DNA of 64,000 nt from Spirochaetia bacterium (GTDB taxonomy: Bacteria > Spirochaetota > Spirochaetia > DSM-2461). The stretch spans positions 3,856-67,855 of the forward strand of contig CAXXIA010000003.1 in assembly GCA_963666985.2 (NCBI GenBank), read 5' to 3'. The notes below the pieces were generated by a model. The model saw only the letters and a list, made by a program, of their open reading frames with translations. It did not search any database and was not told the origin of the DNA. Shown one piece after another: positions 17,627 to 27,621 of this stretch (position 1 is the first letter of the stretch; the number at the start of each line of letters is the position of its first letter). A program made the position numbers and the translations under genes.

Positions 17627-18145
17627 ATGGACACAATGGATGCGATTTATCACCGGCGTTCGGTAAGAAATTACTCCGACGAAGCGGTTTCCGGCGAGGA
17701 TTTTCAGAAAATCATAGCGGCGGGAATGATGGCTCCCAGCGCGGGAAATCAGCAGCCCTGGCATTTCATTACCGTTACGAAGAAAGAAACCCTTCTTGCC
17801 GTTACACAGGTGAATCCCAATGCCGGCATGGCCTCCAAAGCTCCCGCGGGTATTCTGGTCTGCGGAGATAAAACCTTGGAGAAATATCCTGGATATTGGA
17901 TACAAGACTGCAGCGCCTCCGTTCAAAACATGCTTCTGACAATCCATGCGATGAATTTGGCGGCCGTATGGACAGGGATATGGCCCGTTCAGGACCGTGT
18001 TGAAGGATTTATAAAGCTCTTCGGCCTGCCCGATTCGGTTCTCCCTCTGGGATTCATCGTCTTAGGGCACCCCATGGACAATAATCGGAAAGGGAATCCT
18101 CCGGATCGTTTCAGGCCCGATCGAATCCATACCGAACAATGGTAA
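17627..18145 (+). CDS. nitroreductase-family protein
   Basis: MDTMDAIYHRRSVRNYSDEAV...APSAGNQQPWHFI is typical of the family. The ORF-track start at 17468 lies inside the upstream gene; ATG at 17627 gives the usual ~170 aa. Confidence 0.85.
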   Translation: MDTMDAIYHRRSVRNYSDEAVSGEDFQKIIAAGMMAPSAGNQQPWHFITVTKKETLLAVTQVNPNAGMASKAPAGILVCGDKTLEKYPGYWIQDCSASVQNMLLTIHAMNLAAVWTGIWPVQDRVEGFIKLFGLPDSVLPLGFIVLGHPMDNNRKGNPPDRFRPDRIHTEQW

Positions 18146-18212
18146 CATCAATTCTTTTACAGGCCGTGAAAAAAGCGGTCCGAGTATGGAAGGAACCTTA
18201 TCCCGGGAAGAC

Positions 18213-19001
18213 TCAGTATTCGGGATGATACAATTTGCTCTGGAGTACGCAGCGATTTCCTTTTAGTCGGGATGTAAAGAATTCCACCGGCCGATGATCC
18301 GCCGTATAGTTAATGGCCCTCAGCATCAAACAAGGTTCCCAAAGAGTTGTTTTCAGCAATACCGCATCCTCAAGATCCATCCTGGAGGCAAGGACTTCCC
18401 GTTCGGCATATTCAACCCGAACGTCGAACAGATCGCGGATAAGCTGATAAAGATTCTTTTGGAATTCTTGTTCGGGAATCTCCAAAAGCTTCTCATAATC
18501 GGGATTTCCAAAATAAGAATCTACAACCAGAATCGGTTCATCTTCAACATAACGAAGCCGAGAAAGATGAATAACGTCATCTCCGATATCAATATTCAGC
18601 CTCGTGGCGATAAGGTGACCGGCCTGAATTTTTTCCCGTTTCAGCAATTCCGTATGATATGTGATCTTTTGCCGTTCCAGCATTTCTCCGAAACTGATCA
18701 GTTCTCCAAGAAAAACCAGAGGCAGATTATTCGGATTGCTGGTAATGGCCCGTTTCCCGCGCTCCCTGATGAGGAATCCCTTTTCGATGAGCATTTTCAT
18801 GGCACGGTTGACCGTGGGACGGCTAATGCCCAAAACCAGAGAGACTTCCTCTTCGCTCAAGAACTCGGTATTCAGAGGAATTTCCTCATTCTCGATCAGA
18901 CTGGTAAGAATGTATTCCACTTGAGAATACAGCGGAATACCATCCGTCTCGGTTAATACGGAACGATACTGTGTTAAACTTTTTTTGATATGCTCAATCA
19001 T
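18213..19001 (-). CDS. GntR-family (HutC/UTRA subfamily) transcriptional regulator
   Basis: wHTH LSEEEVSLVLGISRPTVNRAMKMLIEKGFLIRERGKRAI followed by a UTRA-like C-terminal domain. Last gene of the co-directional catabolic cluster. Confidence 0.85.
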   Translation of the reverse strand: MIEHIKKSLTQYRSVLTETDGIPLYSQVEYILTSLIENEEIPLNTEFLSEEEVSLVLGISRPTVNRAMKMLIEKGFLIRERGKRAITSNPNNLPLVFLGELISFGEMLERQKITYHTELLKREKIQAGHLIATRLNIDIGDDVIHLSRLRYVEDEPILVVDSYFGNPDYEKLLEIPEQEFQKNLYQLIRDLFDVRVEYAEREVLASRMDLEDAVLLKTTLWEPCLMLRAINYTADHRPVEFFTSRLKGNRCVLQSKLYHPEY

Positions 19002-19018
19002 AAGCAGTTTTCCGTTTT

Positions 19019-20569
19019 CTATTCCTTTTCGCCCGAATCGGAAAATCGATCATAATAGGGATTCATGGACTCCAGCAATCCCTGAAAGATTTCATACATC
19101 TTATCATGATATATCGCGCTTCCTCTATTCGGTTCAAAACAATCCGGAGTGCCCATACTTTCGTTCGCGGATGAAAAATCATCCAGGATTCCCAAGCCGA
19201 CGCCGCATACGGCGGCCGCTCCCCGGGCGGTCGCCATCTGCAGAGTTTTCGGCCGAACGATGCTACATCCGCAGATATCGGCAATCGTTCCACACCAGGC
19301 ATCGCTTTGGGCTCCTCCGCCTATAATCCTCAAATCGGCCGAGGGGGAATCCCGTCCGAATAAAATCGAAAGCATTCCGCGAAGGTTATACGCGACGCCT
19401 TCCTGCACGGCTTTAATCATTTCATAAGCGCCGTGTTCCATGGACAAGCCGATGAAAGCTCCCCGAGCCCGTTCATTGTAGTCCGGCGGACCGCCGCCGC
19501 GCAGATAAGGCAGAAAAATCAAATCACGGGATTTCTTCGGATTCCCGACGGACCATTGTTCAAAGGCCGAATAAAGGTTTTCTCGATTTTTTTCGAAAGA
19601 GGAATCACATGAGGACTCGACCAAAAGGTCAATAATCCATTGATAACAAATACCTCCTCCGTAATTCACAAGTTGTGAACAGTAATAATCTTTTACAACA
19701 TGATTCAAAACAAAAGGACGGGCGGAGGGATTGAGCTTCAGTGCGTTTTTGGGAACCGTATCCGAAATCCAGGACGCCGAACCGAGGCTTAAATAGGGAG
19801 TGTTTTCTTCGACAGATCCGGCACCGACCGAGGCGCAGGGAACATCCCCGCCTCCGGTTACAACGGGGATTCCGGGTATTAAGCCGCAATCGCTTGCGGC
19901 TTTTTCCGTCAGCCTTCCCACAATTTCACAGGAATCAATCAGCAGCGGCAGCTTCTCCATATCCAGTCCCAGTGAGCCGACAATCTCTTCCGACCATTTT
20001 CCCTTCTGCAGATCCATCAGCCCGTAGTTGGATCCTTCCGAAAAATCCGTTGCGAAACATCCTGTCAGCCGGAGATTAATAAAATCCTTGGTCCCTAAAA
20101 ACGCATAGGTTTTATCATAGAGATCCTTTCGATTTTTCTTAATCCAAAGGATTTTCGACGCCGGATATATCGGCAGATCGAGACCGCCCCCCGTAATTTG
20201 ATAAAACCGCTTAAAACCTATCTCCGATTCGAGAAAAGCCGCTTCCTCCGTACTCCGAAAATCGGCCCACAAAAACGTTTCATCCATCAAGAGATTCCCG
20301 TCGCGGTCTACGGGAATGCAGCCGTTCATATGCCCGTCGACACAGATTCCGGCGACCGATGAGGGAGAAATTCCGGTTTCCTCCAGAAGTTCACGGGTTG
20401 AAGCGACAATGGAGAGCCACCAGTCATCCGGCTTTTGAAGAGCCGTCAGCGGCTCTTTATAGAATGTCTTATGTCCCCTATACCGATCCGCTTGTAAACC
20501 AAGGCGTTCGTCGAAGAGACAACTCTTCACTCCCGTCGTACCGATGTCGTGAGACACAATGTAATTCAT
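19019..20569 (-). CDS. FGGY-family carbohydrate kinase (B)
   Basis: N-terminal HDIGTTGVKS and C-terminal IIGGGAQSDAWCGTIADI motifs. ATG at 20569 overlaps the SDR stop (ATGA). Confidence 0.88.
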   Translation of the reverse strand: MNYIVSHDIGTTGVKSCLFDERLGLQADRYRGHKTFYKEPLTALQKPDDWWLSIVASTRELLEETGISPSSVAGICVDGHMNGCIPVDRDGNLLMDETFLWADFRSTEEAAFLESEIGFKRFYQITGGGLDLPIYPASKILWIKKNRKDLYDKTYAFLGTKDFINLRLTGCFATDFSEGSNYGLMDLQKGKWSEEIVGSLGLDMEKLPLLIDSCEIVGRLTEKAASDCGLIPGIPVVTGGGDVPCASVGAGSVEENTPYLSLGSASWISDTVPKNALKLNPSARPFVLNHVVKDYYCSQLVNYGGGICYQWIIDLLVESSCDSSFEKNRENLYSAFEQWSVGNPKKSRDLIFLPYLRGGGPPDYNERARGAFIGLSMEHGAYEMIKAVQEGVAYNLRGMLSILFGRDSPSADLRIIGGGAQSDAWCGTIADICGCSIVRPKTLQMATARGAAAVCGVGLGILDDFSSANESMGTPDCFEPNRGSAIYHDKMYEIFQGLLESMNPYYDRFSDSGEKE

Positions 20570-21354
20570 GACCAAGCCTTCCAGGGATTGTGCGTGGCGA
20601 GCATGCCGCCGTCTACGGAGAGGATTGTCCCGTTGATATACGAAGAGGCTTCCGATGCCAAAAACAGCACGAGAGAGGTTATATCCTCCGGATTCGCGAA
20701 ACGCCTAATGGGAATCCCTTTGAGTTTCTCTTCCGCTCTGCTTTCCAGAATATCGCGGGTCATTTCCGTAACAACAACGCCGGGAGCATACGCATTAACC
20801 AAGATTCCATAAGGGGCGAATTCCGCGGCCATCACCCGAGTCAGAGTTTCAACGGCGGCCTTCGTAATGCAGTAAGCTCCCATACCGACGCTGGGCATGG
20901 CCGCGACGTTGGAGCTGACATTGATGATTCTCCCGCCGCCGCGTTCTTTCATGGAAGAAAGGACGGAACGGGAACAATGAAGAACTCCCGAAAGATTAAC
21001 CTCCAAAACGCGATTCCAATCCTCAATCTTCATCCTCTCCAATGAAGAACGAATAAGGATTCCAGCGTTGTTGACGAGAACATCAATCCCCGAGAGTTCC
21101 CGAACGATTTCGGCGGCGGCCTCATTGACCGAGTCGGGATTCGAAATATCGCAAGAGACGCCGATGATTTTCACATCCGGGAATTCCTCGGTTAATTCAT
21201 CAACCGTCCGCTCCAGTGTTTCACGCCGAAGATCCAAAAGCGCGACATTGGCCCCCATTCGGCAGAATCCCATGGCGATATTGCGGCCGATTCCCTGAGA
21301 GGCACCGGTAACCACCGCGTTTTTTCCCTGAATATCGGGATATATGGCAGTCAT
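20566..21354 (-). CDS. SDR-family oxidoreductase (classical, FabG-like)
   Basis: TGASQGIGRNIA cofactor motif, NNAG, catalytic YCITKAAV. Confidence 0.88.
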   Translation of the reverse strand: MTAIYPDIQGKNAVVTGASQGIGRNIAMGFCRMGANVALLDLRRETLERTVDELTEEFPDVKIIGVSCDISNPDSVNEAAAEIVRELSGIDVLVNNAGILIRSSLERMKIEDWNRVLEVNLSGVLHCSRSVLSSMKERGGGRIINVSSNVAAMPSVGMGAYCITKAAVETLTRVMAAEFAPYGILVNAYAPGVVVTEMTRDILESRAEEKLKGIPIRRFANPEDITSLVLFLASEASSYINGTILSVDGGMLATHNPWKAWS

Positions 21355-21371
21355 ACGTTCTTCCTTCTTTC

Positions 21372-22178
21372 TTAAATCGACAGGGAATGTCCGCCGTCGA
21401 CCATAACGACTTCACCCGTCATATAGGACGAAGCTTCGGAAGACAGAAAGGCGATGGGACCGAACAAGTCCATAACTTGCGCCATGCGCCCAAGGGGAAT
21501 TTTTCCAATGCGATCGCGCTCTTTCTTATTCAAATCGCGTTGGGAATCTCCTTTCCGAACATTTTCCCTGATATCTATAAAGCCGGGAGCGAGGGCGTTA
21601 ACACGGATGCCTTTTTCGGCCCATTCGCATGCAAGAGATTTCGTGAGCATCACGACTCCCGACTTCGCTGTGCAGTAACCGGCTTTGGGAGAGCCCTGTA
21701 CGTAAAAATAGGAAGCGGTGGAGGCAAAATTAATTATGCTGCCTCCTCCGCCGGCCGCCATTTTCTCGCCGAAATACCGGCACGTAAGAAAAAAGGAATT
21801 CAAATTGATGTCCAGTTCCTTTTTCCACGTTGCGTAATCAAGTTCGAAGACGGTTTTTCCGCTTCCGAAAGTGCATACAAGGTTTACCAATACGTCGATT
21901 CCGCCGAAATCTTCCGCAACCTCTTCTGCAAGACTTTTTACCGCCGCCTCATCGGTTAGATTGCGGCAATACGTGAGGAGTTCTCCCGCGGAGGAAGGAT
22001 TTTCAACACGCAATTCCTCAATGGCCGGATCGATATCGATCGCCGCGACTTTCGCGCCGGAATCGACCAAAAGCAAGGCCAGCCGACGGCCGACGGTTCC
22101 GCCCGCGCCCGCGAGTACGAAGACTTTGCCGGTTATGTCGAAAAGATTTTTCACCGCTGACCGCGAAATATCGCTCAT
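21372..22178 (-). CDS. SDR-family oxidoreductase (second paralog)
   Basis: GAGGTVGRRLA, catalytic YCTAKSGV. ATG at 22178 overlaps the upstream stop (ATGA); the longer ORF-track start is rejected. Confidence 0.85.
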   Translation of the reverse strand: MSDISRSAVKNLFDITGKVFVLAGAGGTVGRRLALLLVDSGAKVAAIDIDPAIEELRVENPSSAGELLTYCRNLTDEAAVKSLAEEVAEDFGGIDVLVNLVCTFGSGKTVFELDYATWKKELDINLNSFFLTCRYFGEKMAAGGGGSIINFASTASYFYVQGSPKAGYCTAKSGVVMLTKSLACEWAEKGIRVNALAPGFIDIRENVRKGDSQRDLNKKERDRIGKIPLGRMAQVMDLFGPIAFLSSEASSYMTGEVVMVDGGHSLSI

Positions 22179-22699
22179 CGGCTCTCCCCGCTTCCTCTTT
22201 TCTCCAATATTTCCGCGGTCCAGCGGGCGGCATCGCCGCAAACACCCGTACAGCCCCAATCATGGGCCCCCGATTGTTCAAATTTCACCTTTTCATCCGG
22301 ATCGGTAATGCTGTAAGGCCTTCCGTACAAATTCCTATGAATCTGATGACAAATAATCGAACCGTATTTTTCAATGAACTTATTATGCAATTCCTGCACT
22401 AAAGCAAAATTCTCTTTATTTTTCGACGAAGCCCTCGGATCGTCGGGATCGGCTCCGATATCCTCAAGCCGTCGGCCTGTTTGAGTTCCGATAAAATACG
22501 TTCCGCCCACATAAGCGCCGCAAGATCCGTCGCCCAAACATCCGCCTCCGGCCGAGAAACCGGCCATTGCCCGATAGGCGTCCGGATTAACAACGCCGAA
22601 GGTCTCCATAAGAGCCTTGAATGTCGACTGAGAACATCCCTTTTCCGTTTTTTCGATTTGGAATCCGAGTTCATATGCTTTATCCGATTTTTCGCTCAT
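22175..22699 (-). CDS. C_GCAxxG_C_C-family putative redox-active protein
   Basis: Cysteine pattern EKGCSQS ... GSCGAYVGG ... ICHQI ... GCTGVCGDA matches the family signature. Confidence 0.75.
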   Translation of the reverse strand: MSEKSDKAYELGFQIEKTEKGCSQSTFKALMETFGVVNPDAYRAMAGFSAGGGCLGDGSCGAYVGGTYFIGTQTGRRLEDIGADPDDPRASSKNKENFALVQELHNKFIEKYGSIICHQIHRNLYGRPYSITDPDEKVKFEQSGAHDWGCTGVCGDAARWTAEILEKRGSGESR

Positions 22700-22716
22700 A
22701 TCGTTTCTCCTTCGCT

Positions 22717-24081
22717 TTACGCCAATTGCTGGGCGGTTTTCAAAACGGCTTCAGCCAAAGTGGGGTGAACATGAATCATTCGGCCGATATCTTCGGCCGT
22801 AGCCCCCACGAATTTCGCCAAGGCCAGCTCGTGAATAAGATCGGACGAGTGAGGACCGATGATCTGAGCGCCGAGAATCTTTCCGCTTTCTTCAATGAGT
22901 GTTTTTACAAATCCTTCATACTCGTCGCTGACCAGAGCTTTGCCGTTGGACTTAAAGGGAGAAATCGTCGATCGATATTCGATACCGCGTTTCTTGGCCT
23001 CCTGCTCGGTTAATCCCACTCCGGAGATTTCCAGGCTGGTAAAAATCGACCAGGGAACCACGTCGTAATCCATTGTTCTCTTTTCTCCAAGAATATGACG
23101 GGCGACGATTTCTCCTTCCAAGCGGGAAACATGGGCTAAGGTTCCGCCGATAACGTCGCCCACGGCATAAATTGAAGAAGCTGAAGTCCGTAAACACTCG
23201 TCGACAAGGATTTGCCCTCGCGCACCCGTCCGAATCCCCGCTTTTTCCAAATTCAATCCGGAGGTGTTCGGTTTCCTTCCGACAACGACCAATACCTTTT
23301 CCGCTTTAATGTCATTGCCGTCGGCCAATTTGCATTCAAAACCTTCGGCGGTCCGCCGATAGCTTTCGACGCATGTATTGAAATGCATTTCGATACCGCG
23401 CTTTTCGAAATCGGCCTGAATAAGAGCCGAAACATCTTCATCCACAGTCGCGAGAAGACGGGGCAGCATTTCAACCATTGTGATTTTGACGCCGAAATTG
23501 GAGAAGATATTGGCGAATTCGCAGCCCATTACGCCACCGCCGATTATGAGGATGGACCCGGGCAATTCTTTGAGAGACAAAATCCCGCGATTCGAAAGGA
23601 TGTCGGGATCGTCGTAGGCAAACGGAGGTACCTCAACCGAAACCGAACCGGTATCAATAAGAATGTTCTTCGATTCAATCAGGAACGGTTCGCCTTCTTT
23701 GGGTTCAACCAAAACGGTTTTATCATCATGCAGACTTCCAAATCCCATATGCAGATCGATTCCCATCTTTGAGAACTTTGAAACGCATCCACTCTCAAGC
23801 GCGGCGACGTGCCGGCCGGTTCGCTCCATGACTTTGGAGAAATCCAGTGAAAAGCCCTTGCCGCTTATTCCGTACGTTTCGAGATGATTCAGAATATCGA
23901 TCCGGTGAGATACCGAAGCCAGACTTTTTGTCGGCATGCATCCCCATTTCAGGCACACTCCGCCGAGAACCTCCTTCTCGACACACGCGACGGACAATCC
24001 CGCGGCGGCGGCCATCGGTCCGGCGACATAGCCCCCCGGACCTCCGCCTATAATGGTGAGGTCTTTTTCAATTTTCTTCAT
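22717..24081 (-). CDS. class I pyridine-nucleotide-disulfide oxidoreductase, dihydrolipoyl-dehydrogenase-like
   Basis: IIGGGPGGY FAD motif, redox-active GGVCLKWGCMPTK, second Rossmann IIGGGVMGCEFA, C-terminal HVHPTLAEA dimerisation/His-Glu motif. Confidence 0.85.
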   Translation of the reverse strand: MKKIEKDLTIIGGGPGGYVAGPMAAAAGLSVACVEKEVLGGVCLKWGCMPTKSLASVSHRIDILNHLETYGISGKGFSLDFSKVMERTGRHVAALESGCVSKFSKMGIDLHMGFGSLHDDKTVLVEPKEGEPFLIESKNILIDTGSVSVEVPPFAYDDPDILSNRGILSLKELPGSILIIGGGVMGCEFANIFSNFGVKITMVEMLPRLLATVDEDVSALIQADFEKRGIEMHFNTCVESYRRTAEGFECKLADGNDIKAEKVLVVVGRKPNTSGLNLEKAGIRTGARGQILVDECLRTSASSIYAVGDVIGGTLAHVSRLEGEIVARHILGEKRTMDYDVVPWSIFTSLEISGVGLTEQEAKKRGIEYRSTISPFKSNGKALVSDEYEGFVKTLIEESGKILGAQIIGPHSSDLIHELALAKFVGATAEDIGRMIHVHPTLAEAVLKTAQQLA

Positions 24082-24093
24082 TCAAGTCTCCAG

Positions 24094-25098
24094 TCAGTTA
24101 TTTGTTTCCATTCGGCTGTACGCACCGACGATTACGAGGATGATGACGCCGTTCAGCATGACCTGCCATTCTTCATGCAGGCCTATCATGCCGAGAACGC
24201 TGTAGAGAACGGAGGTAACGATGACTCCCAGCATCGTCTTTCCGGCTCCTCCGATACCGCCCGAAAACATCGTTCCCCCGATCACGACGGCCGCAATGGT
24301 CTGCAGAGTCAGATTCGCTCCTACCCCGGCCCCGCTCTGAAACGTTGGATAGGGAGTCCTGGCCTGTCCGAGATAAAGCAAACCGGCGATAACGGCCAGA
24401 ATTCCGCTCAATGTATAGGTCAGGATTTGAACTCTTTCGATTCGAATACCCGAAAGGCGGGAGGATTCACAATTGCTTCCCAGAGAACGGATTTTCCATC
24501 CGAATGAAGTCCGATTTAATATAAAACCGAACACGATTACGAATCCGATCCACAGAAGCGTTCGCACGGGAAGACCGTTGAATCCGCCTTTTTGAGAAGA
24601 TTTCATGATGCGGGCGATACTGAATTGGGTCAGTTCTTCCGCCGACTTCCCGCCGCCGCCGCCGCCCGTGGCGACATACAGGATTCCGGTAATGATAATC
24701 ATCATCGCCAGAGTCATTACGACATAGGGAATCTTCAGTCGAGCGATACAGAAACCGTTTATGAAACCTATGGCCGTACCTATGGCCAGACAAATCAGGA
24801 TGGGTCCCCAAAGCGCTCCGTCGCCCATGAGCTGAGCCCCTATCATCACCACCAGCCAATAAATCGCTCCGACGGACATATCAATACCGCCCGAAAGAAT
24901 GACCAGGGTTTGGGAAAGAGCCAGTATTCCCAGCATTGAATTAAGATAAAGGATTCCAATTAAATGATTTACGGTAAGAAACCTCGGCGTGATAATTCCG
25001 GCGACGGCCATTATAACAACCAGCGCGGCCAGGATGATGGAAACCTGCAGATTCTTTCGCATCGAGTCTTTCATCGACTGTATAAAGTTGCTATTCAT
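24094..25098 (-). CDS. ribose-type (CUT2) sugar ABC transporter permease
   Basis: Polytopic membrane protein, RbsC-like composition, overlaps the next permease by 8 nt. Confidence 0.85.
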   Translation of the reverse strand: MNSNFIQSMKDSMRKNLQVSIILAALVVIMAVAGIITPRFLTVNHLIGILYLNSMLGILALSQTLVILSGGIDMSVGAIYWLVVMIGAQLMGDGALWGPILICLAIGTAIGFINGFCIARLKIPYVVMTLAMMIIITGILYVATGGGGGGKSAEELTQFSIARIMKSSQKGGFNGLPVRTLLWIGFVIVFGFILNRTSFGWKIRSLGSNCESSRLSGIRIERVQILTYTLSGILAVIAGLLYLGQARTPYPTFQSGAGVGANLTLQTIAAVVIGGTMFSGGIGGAGKTMLGVIVTSVLYSVLGMIGLHEEWQVMLNGVIILVIVGAYSRMETNN

Positions 25099-26035
25099 TC
25101 AATTTACTCCGCCGGTGAAATATCGAAATCTGAATACCCGCGACGACGACAAGCAGCAATCCCTTCACGATGAACTGATACCAAGACGAAACTCCAAAAA
25201 ACTGCAGAATGAAGACAAGCGACGCGACGATCAAAGACGCGGCCAATGTGCCGCTGAATCCCCCGACACCGCCTGTGACCATGGTTCCGCCCATGAAAAC
25301 CACTATGAAGGAATCAAAAAGATACCGGGCTCCCGCCTCGGCGTTACCGCTGGAAATGCGGCATGCGAGATAGATTCCCGCCAGACCGGCAACCAAAGAA
25401 CTGATTGTGAAAATCAAAATACGCGTTCTGTCGACGGCAACACCGGACATCCTCGCGGCATTCGGATCTCCGCCTACGGCATAGATCATGCGGCCGAGAG
25501 CCTTTTTTCTTAAAAGCAGAACACCGATGATTCCGGCGGCGACAATGATAAGAAACGGCGCGAGCGCAAAATCGCCAACGGAAAAAAGCAGCACGTTTTT
25601 AAGGGAATCACAGATATACCCGCCCGGACTGGGACGAACAATCAGGCTCACCCCGTTTATGATGAACATCATTCCCAGCGTCATGATAAAAGGTTCCATC
25701 CGGAAAAAAGTCACTCCGATTCCGTTAATCAATCCAATCAGCAGGGAAACGGCGACAACGACCAAAATCGCCGAGAACAGACTCTTTTCCATAAGCACCG
25801 AACAGATGGCGGTCGCCAAACCGGCTACCGATCCGACGGAAAGATCGAAACCGCGGCCGATGACGACGATGGTTTGTGAAAAACCGATTAATATAATGGG
25901 AACCGCGGAAATAAAAATGGCGGAAAACGTTGAAACAGAACGAAAAAAGGGCGATATGGCGAACGACAGCCCCCAAAAAATAATCAAGATCAGATACACA
26001 TAATGTTTTGTCAGAATGCTTTTCAGATTCAGCAT
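25091..26035 (-). CDS. ribose-type (CUT2) sugar ABC transporter permease
   Basis: Polytopic membrane protein, RbsC-like. Confidence 0.85.
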   Translation of the reverse strand: MLNLKSILTKHYVYLILIIFWGLSFAISPFFRSVSTFSAIFISAVPIILIGFSQTIVVIGRGFDLSVGSVAGLATAICSVLMEKSLFSAILVVVAVSLLIGLINGIGVTFFRMEPFIMTLGMMFIINGVSLIVRPSPGGYICDSLKNVLLFSVGDFALAPFLIIVAAGIIGVLLLRKKALGRMIYAVGGDPNAARMSGVAVDRTRILIFTISSLVAGLAGIYLACRISSGNAEAGARYLFDSFIVVFMGGTMVTGGVGGFSGTLAASLIVASLVFILQFFGVSSWYQFIVKGLLLVVVAGIQISIFHRRSKLNE

Positions 26036-26044
26036 AACGGTGTC

Positions 26045-27550
26045 CTATTCATAGTAAGATTGCAGCAGACTTTCTTCATCCACGACTTCCTCGCTGCATT
26101 CGTTAACGATAGCTCCTTCACGCATAACCAGAAGCCTATCCGGAAGCTGAAGAATCTCTTCTCTGTCGGTTAAAAGCGCGAGCGTCGGTATTCCTTCGTC
26201 GGCCAGGGATCGAAGCAGATTGTAAATCTGCACTTTCGCCCCTATATCGACACCGACGGTCGGCTGATCCAAAAGAAGGATTTTCGGCTCGGCCATTAAA
26301 TACTTCGAAAGAACGACTTTCTGCCTGTTGCCGCCGCTGAGATACCGAACGACTTTTTCCAGATTCGGCGTTTCGACATTGAGTTTGTCCACCATGGACT
26401 GCGCCGATTTATTTTCCATTTTCGTATTGATAATTCCGAAATGAGTCCGCTGATTCAGACTGGGGAGAGTCATATTGAAGGTAACGTTATGAGAAGACCA
26501 AAGCTCTTCTTCGTCTCTCCTGTCCGAGATATAATAAATACCGGCTTTCATGGCGTCATAAACGGAATTAATGACGATTTCTTTTCCGTCGATTGATATG
26601 GTTCCTTCATTCTTGTTCAGGATTCCGGCGATTGTCCGAAGCAACTTGCTCTGCCCCTGACCGCGCAATCCGGCCAAACCGACAATCTCGCCTTTCCGAA
26701 CAACCAGATCCGTGGTTTTCAGATGTTTTGAAGCCATACCCCGCACGGATAAAACAACATCCGACCGGGTGCCGATGCCCCTCTTCGCGGGAAATTGAAG
26801 CCCCCCGGCGATTCCGGTCATATATTGAATAATGGTTTTCCTCTTTTCCAGGAAATCTTCTTTTTTCTCATTATTAATCACTCCGGACAGATTTCCGTCT
26901 TTTAAAACAAGGATTTCATCCGCGAGCTTCAGAACTTCTTCCAAACGATGAGAGATAAAAATAATGGTTTTCCCCTCATCCCGCAGACGGCGAATGATGC
27001 CGAAAAGTTCGTCGACAAGAGAGGACTCCAAGGAGGCGGTCATTTCATCGAAAATGATGATATTCGGATTCCCGGAGATGACTTTGCCAAGCTCTACAAG
27101 GCTTTTTTCCCCTTCCGTAAGATCCGCCGCAGGGCGGGAAACATCGATATCAAGATTGACTTGTTTTAAAACCTCACGGGCATTCTTTTTCAGTTTCCTG
27201 TGAGACAAAAACGATTTTTTGTAATAATCCTTTAATTCAACCAGGGCGACATTTTCGGCGACGCTCAGCTGCGGTATCAGTGAATGTTCCTGAAATACCG
27301 CATCGATTTTATATTCGGTTCTCGCATTAATGGGGTTCCGAATTCGAGCGGGATTTCCGGCGATGAAAATATTTCCGGAATTCGGCTGGTAAATGCCCAT
27401 AAGAATTTTTATCAGAGTCGATTTTCCGGCGCCGTTTTCACCCATCAAAGCATAGATTCGCCCCGCAGACAGACCGAATGAAATTCCCTTAAGAACATTG
27501 ACGCCCGGGAAAGTCTTCTGCAGCGATTCTATGCGGATTGTTTCTTCCAT
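26045..27550 (-). CDS. sugar ABC transporter ATP-binding protein with duplicated ABC domains (RbsA/LsrA-like)
   Basis: Walker A GENGAGKST, LSGGNRQKV signature, second Walker B LLLDQPT. ATG at 27550 preferred to the TTG at 27571. Confidence 0.88.
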   Translation of the reverse strand: MEETIRIESLQKTFPGVNVLKGISFGLSAGRIYALMGENGAGKSTLIKILMGIYQPNSGNIFIAGNPARIRNPINARTEYKIDAVFQEHSLIPQLSVAENVALVELKDYYKKSFLSHRKLKKNAREVLKQVNLDIDVSRPAADLTEGEKSLVELGKVISGNPNIIIFDEMTASLESSLVDELFGIIRRLRDEGKTIIFISHRLEEVLKLADEILVLKDGNLSGVINNEKKEDFLEKRKTIIQYMTGIAGGLQFPAKRGIGTRSDVVLSVRGMASKHLKTTDLVVRKGEIVGLAGLRGQGQSKLLRTIAGILNKNEGTISIDGKEIVINSVYDAMKAGIYYISDRRDEEELWSSHNVTFNMTLPSLNQRTHFGIINTKMENKSAQSMVDKLNVETPNLEKVVRYLSGGNRQKVVLSKYLMAEPKILLLDQPTVGVDIGAKVQIYNLLRSLADEGIPTLALLTDREEILQLPDRLLVMREGAIVNECSEEVVDEESLLQSYYE

Positions 27551-27621
27551 AGTCTTTCTGGTGCTCCTCAAGAAGCGCGAGGCCGGGCGTTCGCCCGAAT
27601 CCTCGCGCCGGAATAACTCCG

